NCBI GenBank assembly: GCA_002633005.1
Contig: NMRA01000124.1
Location: 513,814-577,813, forward strand
Direction: 5' to 3'
Length of the DNA stretch: 64,000 nt
Origin: Phoronis australis
Lineage: Eukaryota > Animalia > Phoronida
The notes beneath the pieces were generated by a model. That model ran no database searches and was not told the DNA's origin. It saw nothing but the letters and a program-made list of their open reading frames with translations. The number at the start of each line of letters is the position of its first letter. Position 1 is the first letter of the stretch. The position numbers were made by a program, and so were the translations under genes. Positions 52,001 through 64,000 of the stretch are shown here, piece by piece.

Positions 52001-54486
52001 TTTTCCAGCGATGTAAGTAACACTCAAAAATACATTCAACCGCATAAAAAAAATCGTCAAGTCATTCTGAGGCTGAAAAATTCCGTTCGCGTATGTAATG
52101 AGGAGTAATCAATCATTTCAGCACGCCTGATTTGAAGGTTTAGTGGAAGGTAACGCGAGAACGTTCTCTTTCTTGACCACATTACATATCCGAATTTGAG
52201 TCCCGAACAATCGTCACGGCATGCTCATTTCCGTCTCATTTCAGGAACATAGAGCTGAGAGTCGTCGTTGTGTGCACAGATTTCCCTTCCCCCTAATTAA
52301 GCTGAGTCAAGGGCCTTACTGAAAACTCTGCAGTGACGACCTTTGCAAAATATCAAAGATACACCGTTCTACAGATTCGAACCAACCCACGCAATGCTAG
52401 CTAGGGCCCTGAAATACTCTGAGTATAAATTTGCGTTTATGTATTTATCTACGTGTAGGCAGTGCCTACGGTGTACAATATTGATACTGAAATATTGTTA
52501 AGCACGTGTCCTGCTTTTTTTCATGACAGTAATTCATATTGTAATATTACTATATAATTCATCATTGTAATGCTGGCAAAATTGTATCATTACATTTTGA
52601 GTTGCAATACTTTCACCAAAACATTGGCAAAAAGGAAACTATCAGCGACGTGGGAATACTTTCATTGTGAACCAATTCAGTAGTGCCTGACATTCTAAAA
52701 GTAGGTCAGTAAAGGTGTTTTCTACCTCCAAGAGGAGAGCTCGATCCAGGATGTGCCTATTGCGAGAGCAAATCCATTTTTCAAGACTTTCAGTTCTGCA
52801 CTTCGATTCACTTGGGCACTCGATAACACAATGAAATATATATACGCATTTAGCCATTGCAATGCACGAGTTATCTGGGTGAAATGATCACCAAGAACAT
52901 CTCCAAGTGAAATTCGAAGTATTTTTTTCAATTTGGAGACAGTGGATTTGTTGACAGGACGGACGCGAGGACGACATATTTCACCGCTTCATCACGTTTG
53001 CGTAAGCGACAGATTTCGGGTGCAAAGATACGTGTCAGCGGATTCGTGATTACACGCATTAGTGACTTAAAAGAACTCAGAACAAAATAGAGTAATAAGA
53101 AACGCTGCCTTAATTGATACTGTGCAACACACAAGTCTCGAGTAATATTCAGCCTTTTCTTTGCTGGGTCTCAAATCATATGTAGAATGGTTTTGTAATT
53201 AAAATAGAAAACCGAACGTCGCGTGAACACTTTTCAAAGCAACTGTAAAGTAAGTGAAACTGCGTGAACAAATAGTAAGACGATATAAAACTTATTAAAA
53301 GCCTGATATTAATAAGAAATGATTGCTCTGGCGGTCTAGTACAAGTTGTACCAGACGGGCGCAGGTAGCGCATATGAGCCTATTGCACTGATCACCTGAA
53401 ACCAACTGCTAACGTTTCGAGCAATGCTCTTTATCGAAGCATGCATTGCAATTGTTGAGAAAGACCAGAGTGCTCGAAAAGATGAGATTTTAACACAATC
53501 TCATATAGACGCTCGTATACACCTTTACTTAGTTTTCATCTGCGGTAACGGTAACTTAATAAACAATAGATCAGTTAACTTTGATTCAAAAACTACCTAT
53601 GTTATGATTATGATGCTCCATAGAAACGTATAACATGTCAACAACTCCATGCCAATCAATTACATTGGAGTTTTTTTATATTTTCTAAATGAATGAGCGT
53701 CTGAAGTTAAGATGTCGAATAAAATAATGTTTGGCTGGGTAAAGCGGAAGATTTGATATCACGAGAAGTGAAGCGTGTGACGACTTAGTTTCTTTGACAA
53801 GATCCATTGAAAAGGAAGTTAAATAAACCCATCGACGTATGACTTGCATTGTTTGAAGTCAGCATGAATAGCTAATTCCGACTTTTGTATTCCACAGGCT
53901 TGTCCTCTGAAGCATTTTCAACTTCAGTTCAGGCGCATCTGCTTTAAATACAATGTAGAAAATTTTAAGGCTATGCTACATAAAACTTATTCGCTAGATA
54001 ACTTTGATTGTTACAGCACACATCACGAATTTTTGGCCGACCGGTCGGAAATTGGTCGACGACCGGCCGTCGACCGGTCGTCTAGCCGACCACCAGCCGA
54101 CCAACAACGGTCGGCTAGGAGCCGTCTGCTTAGTCGCCTCTGTGGTCGGCACTTGGGTCGGCTAATTGGTCGCCTAGCGTAGACGACCAATTCGGATTAA
54201 GCGTGTCCTTGGTCGGCAATTAGCATTTTATGACTTAGCGGGTGAACTTTGGACAAACAAACATTTAACTGTTCGCTGTTCGTTTAGCAGTGGCAACTCC
54301 GGTCTTGACATCGGTTTATCAAATTTTGTTCAACTATTAAATGGAGGTAAAATCGAATCAACCTACAAATACGAAGTGCGTGGCATTACACAAGCCGAAT
54401 ACCTTATGTTGAATTAATGACGGCGTGGTAAAATCAAACGTTAAGTGATATAGCGGAAAAATAATTTCTAACTTTAGATATCAGAN

Positions 54487-54924
54487 TCAGTTACTATTGG
54501 TAACCTACTTTAGCAGACGATATTTTCCCGGTTGAAGCTTAGCGTGATAAAATGTATAAAAGCTATAATAGTTGCTAAATCTTAATTTACAAATTCACTT
54601 TATTTCTATTTTGTTTAAATTTTTAATTGGTTTTGAGTAAAAGCATTATTTGACAAAAATAGCTCAGCTTTTCTTAAAAGGTCACGACCTCCGACCCCAG
54701 GCCTCTGACATAGAAAGTAGTTACAAAGCCGAGGCGAGTCAAGAAAGGTAGATCGATTCATTGCAATGTTTCTCGTTCAGTATGGGGTACTAAATAGATT
54801 TTCCCCTCGTGGATTTTGGAGAATTATCACCCTCGGGGCTAACACCCCTCGGGCGATAATTCTCCAAAATCCCCTCGGGCTCTAGATAACGGGGGATAAG
54901 GACTTCTCCATGTAATAATCTATA
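54487..54924 (-). mobile_element. Partial copy of the hairpin-terminated element (one hairpin plus body), ending at an N
   Basis: Reverse complement of about 4215-4685. Inner hairpin arm partly deleted. N at 54486. Confidence 0.8.
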
Positions 54925-55072
54925 AATATTTTATGTATATATTACAGGGAAAATTGAGCAACAATTACGCGAAGTTACGTACAGGCTTACATTGTGTGGT
55001 TAATTGCAATTAACTCTTTTGAAACAGATTTTAATGATACCGACATGAAGCGTTTGAACAAAAATTTCAGAA

Positions 55073-55460
55073 ATTGTCATTGATATCATTATCATTATCA
55101 TTTTCATTATTAGTATCAACATTATCATCATCATTATCAACGTCATCAACGTCATTTTTGTTATCATCATCATCGCCATCACTACAATCACAATCATTAT
55201 CATTGTCATCATCATTATCATCGTCGTCAACGTCATTTTTGTTATCATCATCATAATGATCATCATCATCATCATAACCACTATCGTCATCATCACCACC
55301 GTCATCAACGTCATTTTTGTTATCATCATCCTCGTCATCATCACCATCATCATCATCGTCATCACTATCAGATTCAGTATTAGTATCATCTTTATCACTA
55401 CTGTTATCGTTATTGTCATCGGTGGTGGAGTTGTTTGGGGTGGTGATGGTGATGATGTTG
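55073..55460. repeat. Degenerate (CAT)n trinucleotide tract
   Basis: catcat/tatcat/cgtcat runs. Produces the poly-M/S/I pseudo-ORFs in the track. Confidence 0.9.
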
Positions 55461-57384
55461 GCTGATTCAGTATTGTTTCTATATTTGTTCCATTTGTTCG
55501 TAGGCTGTTTTACCAGGATACCGCGATCATTTGTAGTAGTCTTAGTTTTAAGTACAGTTCGGGGGGATTGTAATGTAGGTATAATTATCTGAAATAGGTT
55601 AAAGACACATACACGTAATTATTGTACATTAACTAGACGATTTCGCAAATCGAAACGGGTGGACATTTATTGCGGATAATATCGGTCATCAATCACTGCT
55701 GATCGTCCATAAATCATGGTGTTCACACGTGTGTATGAAAGGTAATGACGACAAACGAATAACAATGTTGCTAAGCTAAATATAACGATTCTAGGAAAAT
55801 AAACATCCTGATGATTGTGTCAGTCGGACCAGAGTCAAATATTGGTTGCAACATTCAATGCTGACCTCTCGTTATCTCAGCTTTAAGGATGTCTCAACAT
55901 TTGGCCATTTTACAATATTTCACATATGTCTAGTAAAAGGCGATATGTATACCGTGTAGCAAGGAAAAAAAGATTTAACAGAACCACCTTGGAACCGCAC
56001 AACTGCGAGGAAATTTGTTTATTACGTGCCCGAGGTCAAAGGTTACGAGGCTGTCACTCAAATTGAATCTCCCGCCAAACACAGAGCAGTTCCGTACATG
56101 TACGTACCATCAGTCCTTTCATTCACCAAGTCGCCGTAATATTTCGTCAGCGACGTCTACATATGATCGAAAGATGCCGGGGAACACGAAGACAAAACGT
56201 AGCTTTGATCCTGAGAGAGTTGTGTGTCTGCATGGCTTACAACCGTTGAGAACGAATGCTACAAGTCGCCTCACGCCTCTGTCATTGTTTTCACAAAAAC
56301 AGCAAAAAGCAATAAATCCTCACCCAAATTCCTTACTTCGAGTAATTTGAAATTTCGCTGTTACTAACTCATGTTCACGACGTGATTAAACCACCGACCC
56401 GATTTCTGTATCCATTTTGTGCTTGGGTTTCATATCAGTTTCACAGCGCGTGGTGTGAACTGTTGACCTACTTTAAAGTGGACCACAATGCACCAGTGTA
56501 ATATGTTGTCTCCGCCCGTGATCTAGTTGGAATCAATGCATTGGGCTTATATTAAAAGTTTTTGTGATTATTAAGTTAATTACGGACTGCAAATCAAGAT
56601 GACATTGTGCATGAATGTTGAAATAATGTAGGTGGCTAGGGGGTGTATAAGTTATATTGATCGAAAACAAGTTTTCATCGAATAATTTAATCGAAGACCT
56701 TGAGATCTTTCCCCCTCACGCTTTAATCAGCTCTTTCTCGGCTTGGACAAATTGACTTAATTTGAACTTAGGAACTTGAGTTCTCGAAAACTGCTAGGCG
56801 GATTTCGCCAAAACTTTCCAAACTTAATATTTATCCATTGATCTCAAAAACAGTGTCAGGATTTTTCATACAACGGCCTAGTTTTCGCGTAAAGTAACAA
56901 AGACGAATACGACTGCTTTTTTTCAAAAAATACGTTACGTTTTGCGAGTTGATTTGTCATAGAAACCAAACGAAAAGACTAATCGAAAATTCCAAAAAGC
57001 ATTTTTGAGGTAACTGGTGAAATTTTCATTAAAGACGGTTTCATTAAATTCACCCGAGGGGTTATTTTGCTATGAATGTGCCTTTTTGAGAAACGAAATT
57101 TTGACTTTAAAAATGTGTTGGCGTAATAATAATAATGGTATATAAATATAAAACATATTTTTATATTCCCTGGTCTTTTCCTTTCAGAAAATGTATACTT
57201 TTATTTGTTGACATAGCTTAGCTTTATGATAGACGAGTTAGAATGGATTTCACTTAATAAGGTTTACCAGGCACTGGTGACAAGACCGATCATGAAGTTG
57301 GTTGTGTTGTTCCTAAGAGAATAACGCGGATAACCATAAGGATACTGATGTGTCAACACAGATCAGAACGTCAGTTGCAAACAG

Positions 57385-57965
57385 CGGTGGTAGTCATCCT
57401 TATTTTAGTCATCCTCGTTAACACAATCACCACCATCACCACCGTCGTAATCTTCATCACCATCAACAACACCATCATCTCCACAAACATCATCATTGCT
57501 ATCAACATCACCATCATCATCTCAGTCATCAGCATCTTCGTCATCATCATCATCACCATCGCAGTTGCCATTTTCATAATCAGTATCGTCGTCAACGTCA
57601 CCATCATTATGAATCTCATCACCACCACCATCATCACCACTACCACCATCATCACCACTACCACCATCATCACCACCATCACCGCTACCACTGACAAATA
57701 TCATCATTATCACAACTTTCAACGTCGTCGTCACCATCATTATCATTGTCATCGTAATAGTCGCTATCACCATCTTCATCACCATCACACTTGTTGCTTT
57801 TTATCGTTGCCATCCGAGCGATCATTATCATCATCAGCAGCAGTCAAACAATCTTCATCATCATCTCCATCACTATCACATTTGACACCCATATCGTAAC
57901 AATCTTTGTCAGTTTCATCGTCATCCTCATAATTATCATCGCCATCGTATCCATCGCCAACAATT
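57385..57965. repeat. Degenerate (CAT/CAC)n trinucleotide tract
   Basis: catcaccaccatcatc runs. Produces low-complexity pseudo-ORFs on both strands. Confidence 0.9.
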
Positions 57966-60564
57966 TCTTTAGATTTCAAGTCGATACATGCATTTGGGAG
58001 TAAACGCGAGCGCGAAGGTTGTTTTTGGTGAATCTAAAACACCGTACTTAATTTGCACATTGAGATCCTTCAACGAGTGTCTATCTCATCCTCGGTCTTT
58101 CGATTTTATAGGAGAGCACAATTGTCCCAGCTCATGGCTTTTACGAACATTACTTTACATCAGATGGTATTTCAATACATGTCGTATAACTGTCTGAAAC
58201 TTGGCCTCTGACGGTTTCTCGAGAGATACCGGGTTCACTGAGCTGTGCAAGCATTTGACGATTGGTTACTGAAAATGGTACATCTACCTGTGGGTGTTCA
58301 GAAAGAACAGCTACCGTTGGAGGACAAGGTGAACAAGCCAATCTGCTCACATCAGCAATAATTTCGGGTTTTGAACTCACCGTTGTCACTATGTATGAAG
58401 CATCCAGGAATAAAATCAGTACTTGTCGCGCTTCTTTCTTATCATGGCAATGTATATCCTCGGAAATACACTGCATTTCTCTCTCGGCAGACTGGGAATG
58501 TATGATTCATATAAAAACACTAGAAAATGACCGTCAATCATGCTGAATGATAATTAGAGTCTAAAATTGCGTCAGAGTGCGCTAATTAGATAAGTGGTGA
58601 CAGGAGAATCCGATTTTATACAACAAACGTGCGAACACCGCGTTTATTACACGGTGCTTCAAGTGTTGGCGAGCTTATCATTAAACTTGTGAACGGAATA
58701 GTGAAATCCGGAGAGACTTCCGAATGGATTTGTTTCGAAAACTTCTGATGCAGTAATAATCTGAAATAAGTTAATGGCGTATATCTTATACAGAAAGTCA
58801 TTATCTGAATCACAAGTACTAAAGATTACTAATTTTCACTGGGGGAGGCGTTGGTTGACAAGCCATAATGAAAATGGTGAGATGGTAAAGAGAAAGAGCT
58901 AATAAACTGACCGCTAAGGGTATGGAACGGAGTAGGATGACATTATTCGTGGAAAACTGCCTCTGCTCTTTTTCCATATAAAATATTTATTGCAACTGTG
59001 AACAAACAATCGAACGTGCTATTAGAAGCAAAAGTCAATGTTGATTCAGCCATGTCACCCTGAAGACAACCCACCAGAGCAGAAGCGAAGTATTCCGATG
59101 TATTGAATTTCCTCTAAGAACTGCACAAACACCATTTACTGACGAATAATGAAAATACGGTTTACCTTAGGTATAACTCATCCAGCCACGGTGGGTTCAC
59201 ATTCAACGTACCTTTACCTTAGTTTGTATTAAACTTCCGTAAAAATTATGTACACGTTTTTGAAAAGCTTACATATTTCCTAGGCTTTCGAATTACGACA
59301 CCTGAGAGAAAATCGATGAAGAGGCAACTCAGTTGTAACCGCGATCGACACCCCATCAGTCAATGTCTCCATAAGCGTAAAGTAACGTGGTGTCAGGTAA
59401 TTATTAAATCTAAAAAATGACTATATTTTTCACTAGAATACGGTATGCATTCGTAATCGCGATTTTTTTCAAAAATGTAATCTTTCCAACAGTCAGCTCC
59501 CTCTGTAGGAGGGGGCACATCATAATATGCCATGTACGCCAGAAGATTTTCTGCAAATTCACTCTGGCTTTACCGTCAAGGTCACGTCACTTTAAGTAAG
59601 AATTCGAGCATAGAAGAACACTTTAGGTGATCGTCTTTCTACTTCGAACATATGCTTCGAAAATTTTCTTTCAAAGATGTTACTCATTTGTCAGCAAAAT
59701 CGTGAGCTAGCCATTTTGTTTTGATTGCATCGTTGCGCATGCCTATCGCATGCAGATTTTTCAATCACAACGAAGTCTTTGGCAATGGGCTGATCGTTGA
59801 AGCCCTACACTAGTGATCCTCTGAGAGTGCTCAAAACTTGGCCGCCAGGATCGCTATTGTCGTACGTGGGCAAAATGGCAACTGAATGTCACTGATTTTG
59901 ATAAAGAATTGAGGGACGTGTCCAAAAAATTAAATACAAGAGTATTAGTCTGAGATGGAAAGATTCAAAGACATCGACAGCCTTAAAATGTGTCCCTCTA
60001 TGCTCGAAAACTAGGTATTTTAACGTGACTTTGACGGTTCATCCAGCTTAAATGAGGAAAAAATTGCCGAAACGCTCCCAGCGTATAGAGTACCTATGGA
60101 AGGCATAACCGCCTCTGAGCACAATTAAGAGACAGTAGCCCTGTCTCCCTCCTCTGCAGCTTCAAACGTTTACCATCAGCGTTCCTACAATGTCAGACCA
60201 TGCTTCACGTGATCTGATACCCCATTGTCAATATTTCAATAAATACACTGTCGATTGTAATTAAACTGTTGTGAACACCGACGTCAAGCAAATCTTAATC
60301 ATATCCTTTATGTGTGAATGTAAATATCAGTTATGGCCAAGTGTACCTTCCGAATTTTTCATAATACTTCAATGCATTTTACCCTCGATGGTGAAGGTTA
60401 TCTGCGAACTTCAGTTACACGGCCAATACTTTGAAGTCATATGACTAGAAGTATGACTGAAGTACGCCAAATATGAAATGCTTCCGAGGGAAATTTGAAG
60501 CTATATTAAAACCTGATGTGTTCCGAATGACCGAATTGTATACCAATACATCTTTTGTACTTAC

Positions 60565-60867
60565 CTTGACTATAGTCCCGCATACACCAGCTTCATCACT
60601 CAGTTTCTTGGAAATTGAAGTCTTTGAGCTCCGCAAATCGTTTCCCACAATGGCGATTTCAAAGTACTGCAACGCACATAATGCATGGCATATAGCGATA
60701 GGAATATGCAGGTATGACACCCATGCAAATTGTACACTGATCATATCAATAGAGACATAACAAAAGCGTGCTTCGAATTACTACAGCATCATTAGGTGAT
60801 GCAAAGAACGAGATCTCGGTTTCTGGCGTTTTGTAAATTATGCACGTCATGTCATTGAATATTTAAC
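60565..60867 (-). other. Candidate upstream (5'UTR) exon, possibly of the mGluR gene
   Basis: Bounded by near-consensus ttatttttgcag| acceptor and CAAG|gtaagt donor on the mGluR strand, in sequence with no obvious repeat structure. No transcript evidence available. Confidence 0.3.
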
Positions 60868-61315
60868 CTGCAAAAATAATATCTGTTGTGGAAACGGCGT
60901 TGCATTTATCAATTTTGAATGTAAAACGCATTGTACATATACATTTTTACATGCCGAAGTCGTTATCCCCAGTATTCTAGAGCCCGAGTGGATTTTGGAG
61001 AAAATTCTACAAAATCCACGAGGGCTCTAGATAAGGGGGATAACGACTTCGAACATGAAATAATCTATTTATACCATATTCTGAACGAGAAACATTTCAA
61101 TGAATCGATCGACCTTTCTCGACTCGTCTCGGCTTTGTCAGAGGCCCGGGGCGGAGGTCGTGACCTTTTAAGAAAAACCGAGCTATTTTTGTCAAATAAT
61201 GCTTTTACTCAAAACCAATTGAAAATTTAAACAAAACAGAAATAAAGTGAATCTATAAATTAAGGTTTAGCAACTATTTTAGCTTACTACACATTTTATC
61301 ACGCTAAGCTTCGAC

Positions 61316-63802
61316 CAAGGAGTGTACTAGTACAGGAGAGTTCACTCCGCCATTTTACCATTCGCCGCAATGGTTACCGGTCGACACACTAGCGCTCCAA
61401 GCGCTGAATAATCAACACTTACTTAGGAGCGCAGTCCGAACAATGTAAACACTGATGAATTCCTACTTTAATGACGTTCAACGTGCAATAAAATTACTGT
61501 GTTATTGAAAATGGATAGAATACGTAAACTAACATCCACTTATAATCCAATGAGAAAGAAAATGTGTATTTTAATCAATATTAAAGTGTATTTGTTTTTA
61601 TTCTCTTGAAGCTCCCTTCAAAATCTATCACGGTTTTGTTTCATGTTTGAGTTCTTAACAAGGCAAATTATCTTTCCTTATAACAGTTCATACCTCCACG
61701 GACAACAAAATTTGAATGATTGCTCCTGGGGGTTCAGAGGGTAATTCCCCCCCAGGTGACAGCTAAGGGGGTACCAGGCAAAAACCAGGTGGGCGCCAAG
61801 TGGGTGTTGACCACCTCCCAGGGGAGTTACATGGGAGGAGTGCTAAACATGTAAACCAATGGGGTATGCCACATGGGTGTTGAGCCCCTCCCATCGTCAC
61901 AAATTTTGGTTGCTCCCCTGACCATTGACAAACATGTTGCCCCCAGCTCACTGCGGGTTTCACCTCCACCCAACAATTTCGCATGCCGGTGTTCTCTATT
62001 CAATGCACCTGGATACTAGCAACGCGAACAATTGTTTGGTGTAGTGGGTGTTACACATGTAAGAAGAAGAAAGCAATTCATCACTACCACAAAATCGTAA
62101 CATAATTTTAGAACATTCCATTATTTCTTAGACAAGGCAGCATAGGGTAAACTCGATCGCACTCTCCCACGCACGCACCCAGGGGGCGAAGAGGGCAAAA
62201 AGGTCCGTCTCCGAGAGACAAAAGTTCCGAGAAAATGGGACAAAAGTCCACTAAAGAAACACAAACGCGCAATTCACAGTGGTGGTCCCGTTTTTTTTAG
62301 TCCGCCCACTCATTTGTTAGCAAAAGGTCCACATCGTCAGGAATTCGAGCCCCCCCCCCATTGAGTATATCACCACTCGTAAGTAGTCGAAGTTCAAAAT
62401 GTCATGACAAAAAAGTTAAGAGGTACTGAACAGCAATCAAAATATTCACTAGCCAAACAACTTCATACAAAATTGAATTAAAAAGACTTGGATGATAAAA
62501 CTAAAAATTTTATTTTCTATACCCACTGTTCATATTATCAATAGCAGTAAATATTTCAGGTAAGCTAAAGCTATACCACAAGATCATATTTGTTACTTAG
62601 CCACAACTGGGGGTTAAATTAATGACAATCACCAAAAAATGTCAGCCCACCATTCAGACTCTAAAAGACCCATCAGTTTCACTTTGGCTCTCTTCAAATC
62701 ACAGGCTAACCATTCATAAAATGTTTCAATGTGATCAACCTTAGTAAAATACGAAAACCAGATTTTGACTAATTGTCCTTTCTACATGTGAAGTTCCAGT
62801 ACTTGCTTTGTGAAACGATAACCAGAAATGCAAAAAAGCCTATTCCACGGCTGTAACATAACTTCCGGAGAACTTTTTGACATCTTCATTTTTGGTGGAT
62901 TCCGCCGGGAGATCAAATACTGCTCGGGCACTGCATTCAATAGCAGCTTGTTCTTCATTCGTGAACATGGACTCCTCGAAGTGATGAGAGCATAAGTTGC
63001 ACTTCTTGGACAAGTAGGTTGCATCTCTATTCATAAGGTAGGCTCCCAGTGCTTGCACCTGAACAGAAAGCAATGAGAGACTCAGGAACAAACCTCATAC
63101 TCACCAGGTTCACAGGAGACTGGTAGTCCTGTCGTACTGTGATTGTGATACAAAAGCGTCTTGGTGTCAACTAAAAAAACTAGGACTCAAATGTCGATCC
63201 ACGCATATTTTAAGGGCCGCACAACTTTTCACCGAGACCCACAGATTCTCTAGCTTGACTAATGAAATATTTGAGGCCCTGTGGCCTGTGGCTGTGATTG
63301 TGCCATGGCCGTGTCACCATGATTCATATTCACCCTAGGCCATGGGTATGTTTTCCTAAAATCATCCCTGCGATCATTAGAGTGACATTTTGATTTGGAA
63401 TACATGGACTGCAAGTATACAAAAAGCTTACGATCGTATTACGTTAATCATAGGCCTTCCGCCGGCTGCCCACTAGGCCTAGCCTACACTGCAGACAACA
63501 GACAGTGCCGGGCACCTGGACTGCGATCGACTTGTCTAACAACTGTGAACAGAACACACAAAATGAAAGACAATGTACCATATTATTGAATAACAGGTAA
63601 TCCCTACCTTTCTGGATCCTTGGGAAACCTACAAAATGACACGTCTGGGGTTTTCATTCAATTTATCGCACTGCAAAATGCGTCCTTCCCCATTGTTTTG
63701 GAGCTTCCTGGTTGACCGTTGCTTGTTCACCACTTGGCGGCGCTAGTAGTAGCGGTAACAGCGAACTCGCAAGTGAGTTCTCCTATACTACTACACTCCT
63801 TG
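61316..63802 (-). mobile_element. P-superfamily-like DNA transposon, non-autonomous/decayed, with THAP remnant
   Basis: 31-bp TIRs starting CAAGGAGTGTA (27/31 identical). 7-bp TSD cttcgac at 61309-61315 and 63803-63809. The empty site aagcttcgaccg is seen at about 4632-4643. Confidence 0.85.
62880..63693 (-). pseudogene. Two-exon THAP zinc-finger remnant (transposase N-terminus)
   Basis: 63693-63608 reads MGKDAFCSAIN*...SFCRFPKDPER followed by gtagg. From 63058 it reads RCKHW...LCSHHFEESMF...NKLLLNAVP, with a stop and frameshifts. Confidence 0.8.
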
Positions 63803-64000
63803 CTTCGACCGAGAAAATTTCGTCTGCTAAAGTAGGTTACCACTAGTAACTGAGTATAATGCTCAAGTCAAAGGATCCCGACGACACGATACCCGCATTC
63901 AAATTGGAGATCGGTGATTTACAAGTGAGAGAACACGAGAGATATATTTCTCTGAATTAAAATATCGTTTTTATGGAAATTATGCGTCTTTTTTTCATAG

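Larger units (their letters stand above)
60945..64000 (+). mobile_element. Copy of the hairpin-terminated element interrupted by a P-like insertion; runs off the window
   Basis: 60945-61315 matches about 4222-4641 and 63803-64000 matches about 4635-4826. The two parts are collinear across the insertion. Confidence 0.8.

Noticed and set aside
55000-58003. Long Met/Ile/Asp/His-rich ORFs (e.g. 55000..55419, 57348..57899)
   Set aside because: Artefacts of degenerate CAT/CAC microsatellites that lack stops in several frames on both strands.
58150-58546. Overlapping 108-aa and 94-aa ORFs on opposite strands
   Set aside because: No recognisable motif or convincing pair of splice sites, so I cannot support them as coding.
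1-64000. A novel multi-gene (operon-like, defence or viral) system
   Set aside because: Outside the mGluR exons there are no long intact ORFs. All other coding-like signals are decayed transposon fragments.

Overview
Eukaryotic (invertebrate animal-type) genomic DNA, not prokaryotic. The only intact host gene I can support is the 5' half of a group I metabotropic glutamate receptor (mGluR1/5-like, class C GPCR) on the minus strand. Five GT-AG coding exons (20840-20132, 6701-6452, 3655-3423, 1632-1386, 661-475) splice in phase into 542 codons: signal peptide, Venus-flytrap domain and start of the cysteine-rich domain. The gene continues off the left edge. The rest is intronic/upstream sequence rich in transposon debris: a decayed THAP-bearing P-like element (31-bp TIRs, 7-bp TSD), TTAA-flanked Kolobok-like elements, a 5-bp-TSD hAT-like MITE, Penelope-like fragments with hammerhead-like motifs, a LINE 3' end, MITEs and satellites. 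The most unusual item is a dispersed ~1-kb non-coding element whose two terminal inverted repeats are each a ~150-165-bp hairpin and which carries a tRNA-like A/B-box segment. I found no convincing new multi-gene system. Most short ORFs in the track look spurious. All family assignments come from motif recognition by eye, without database searches.
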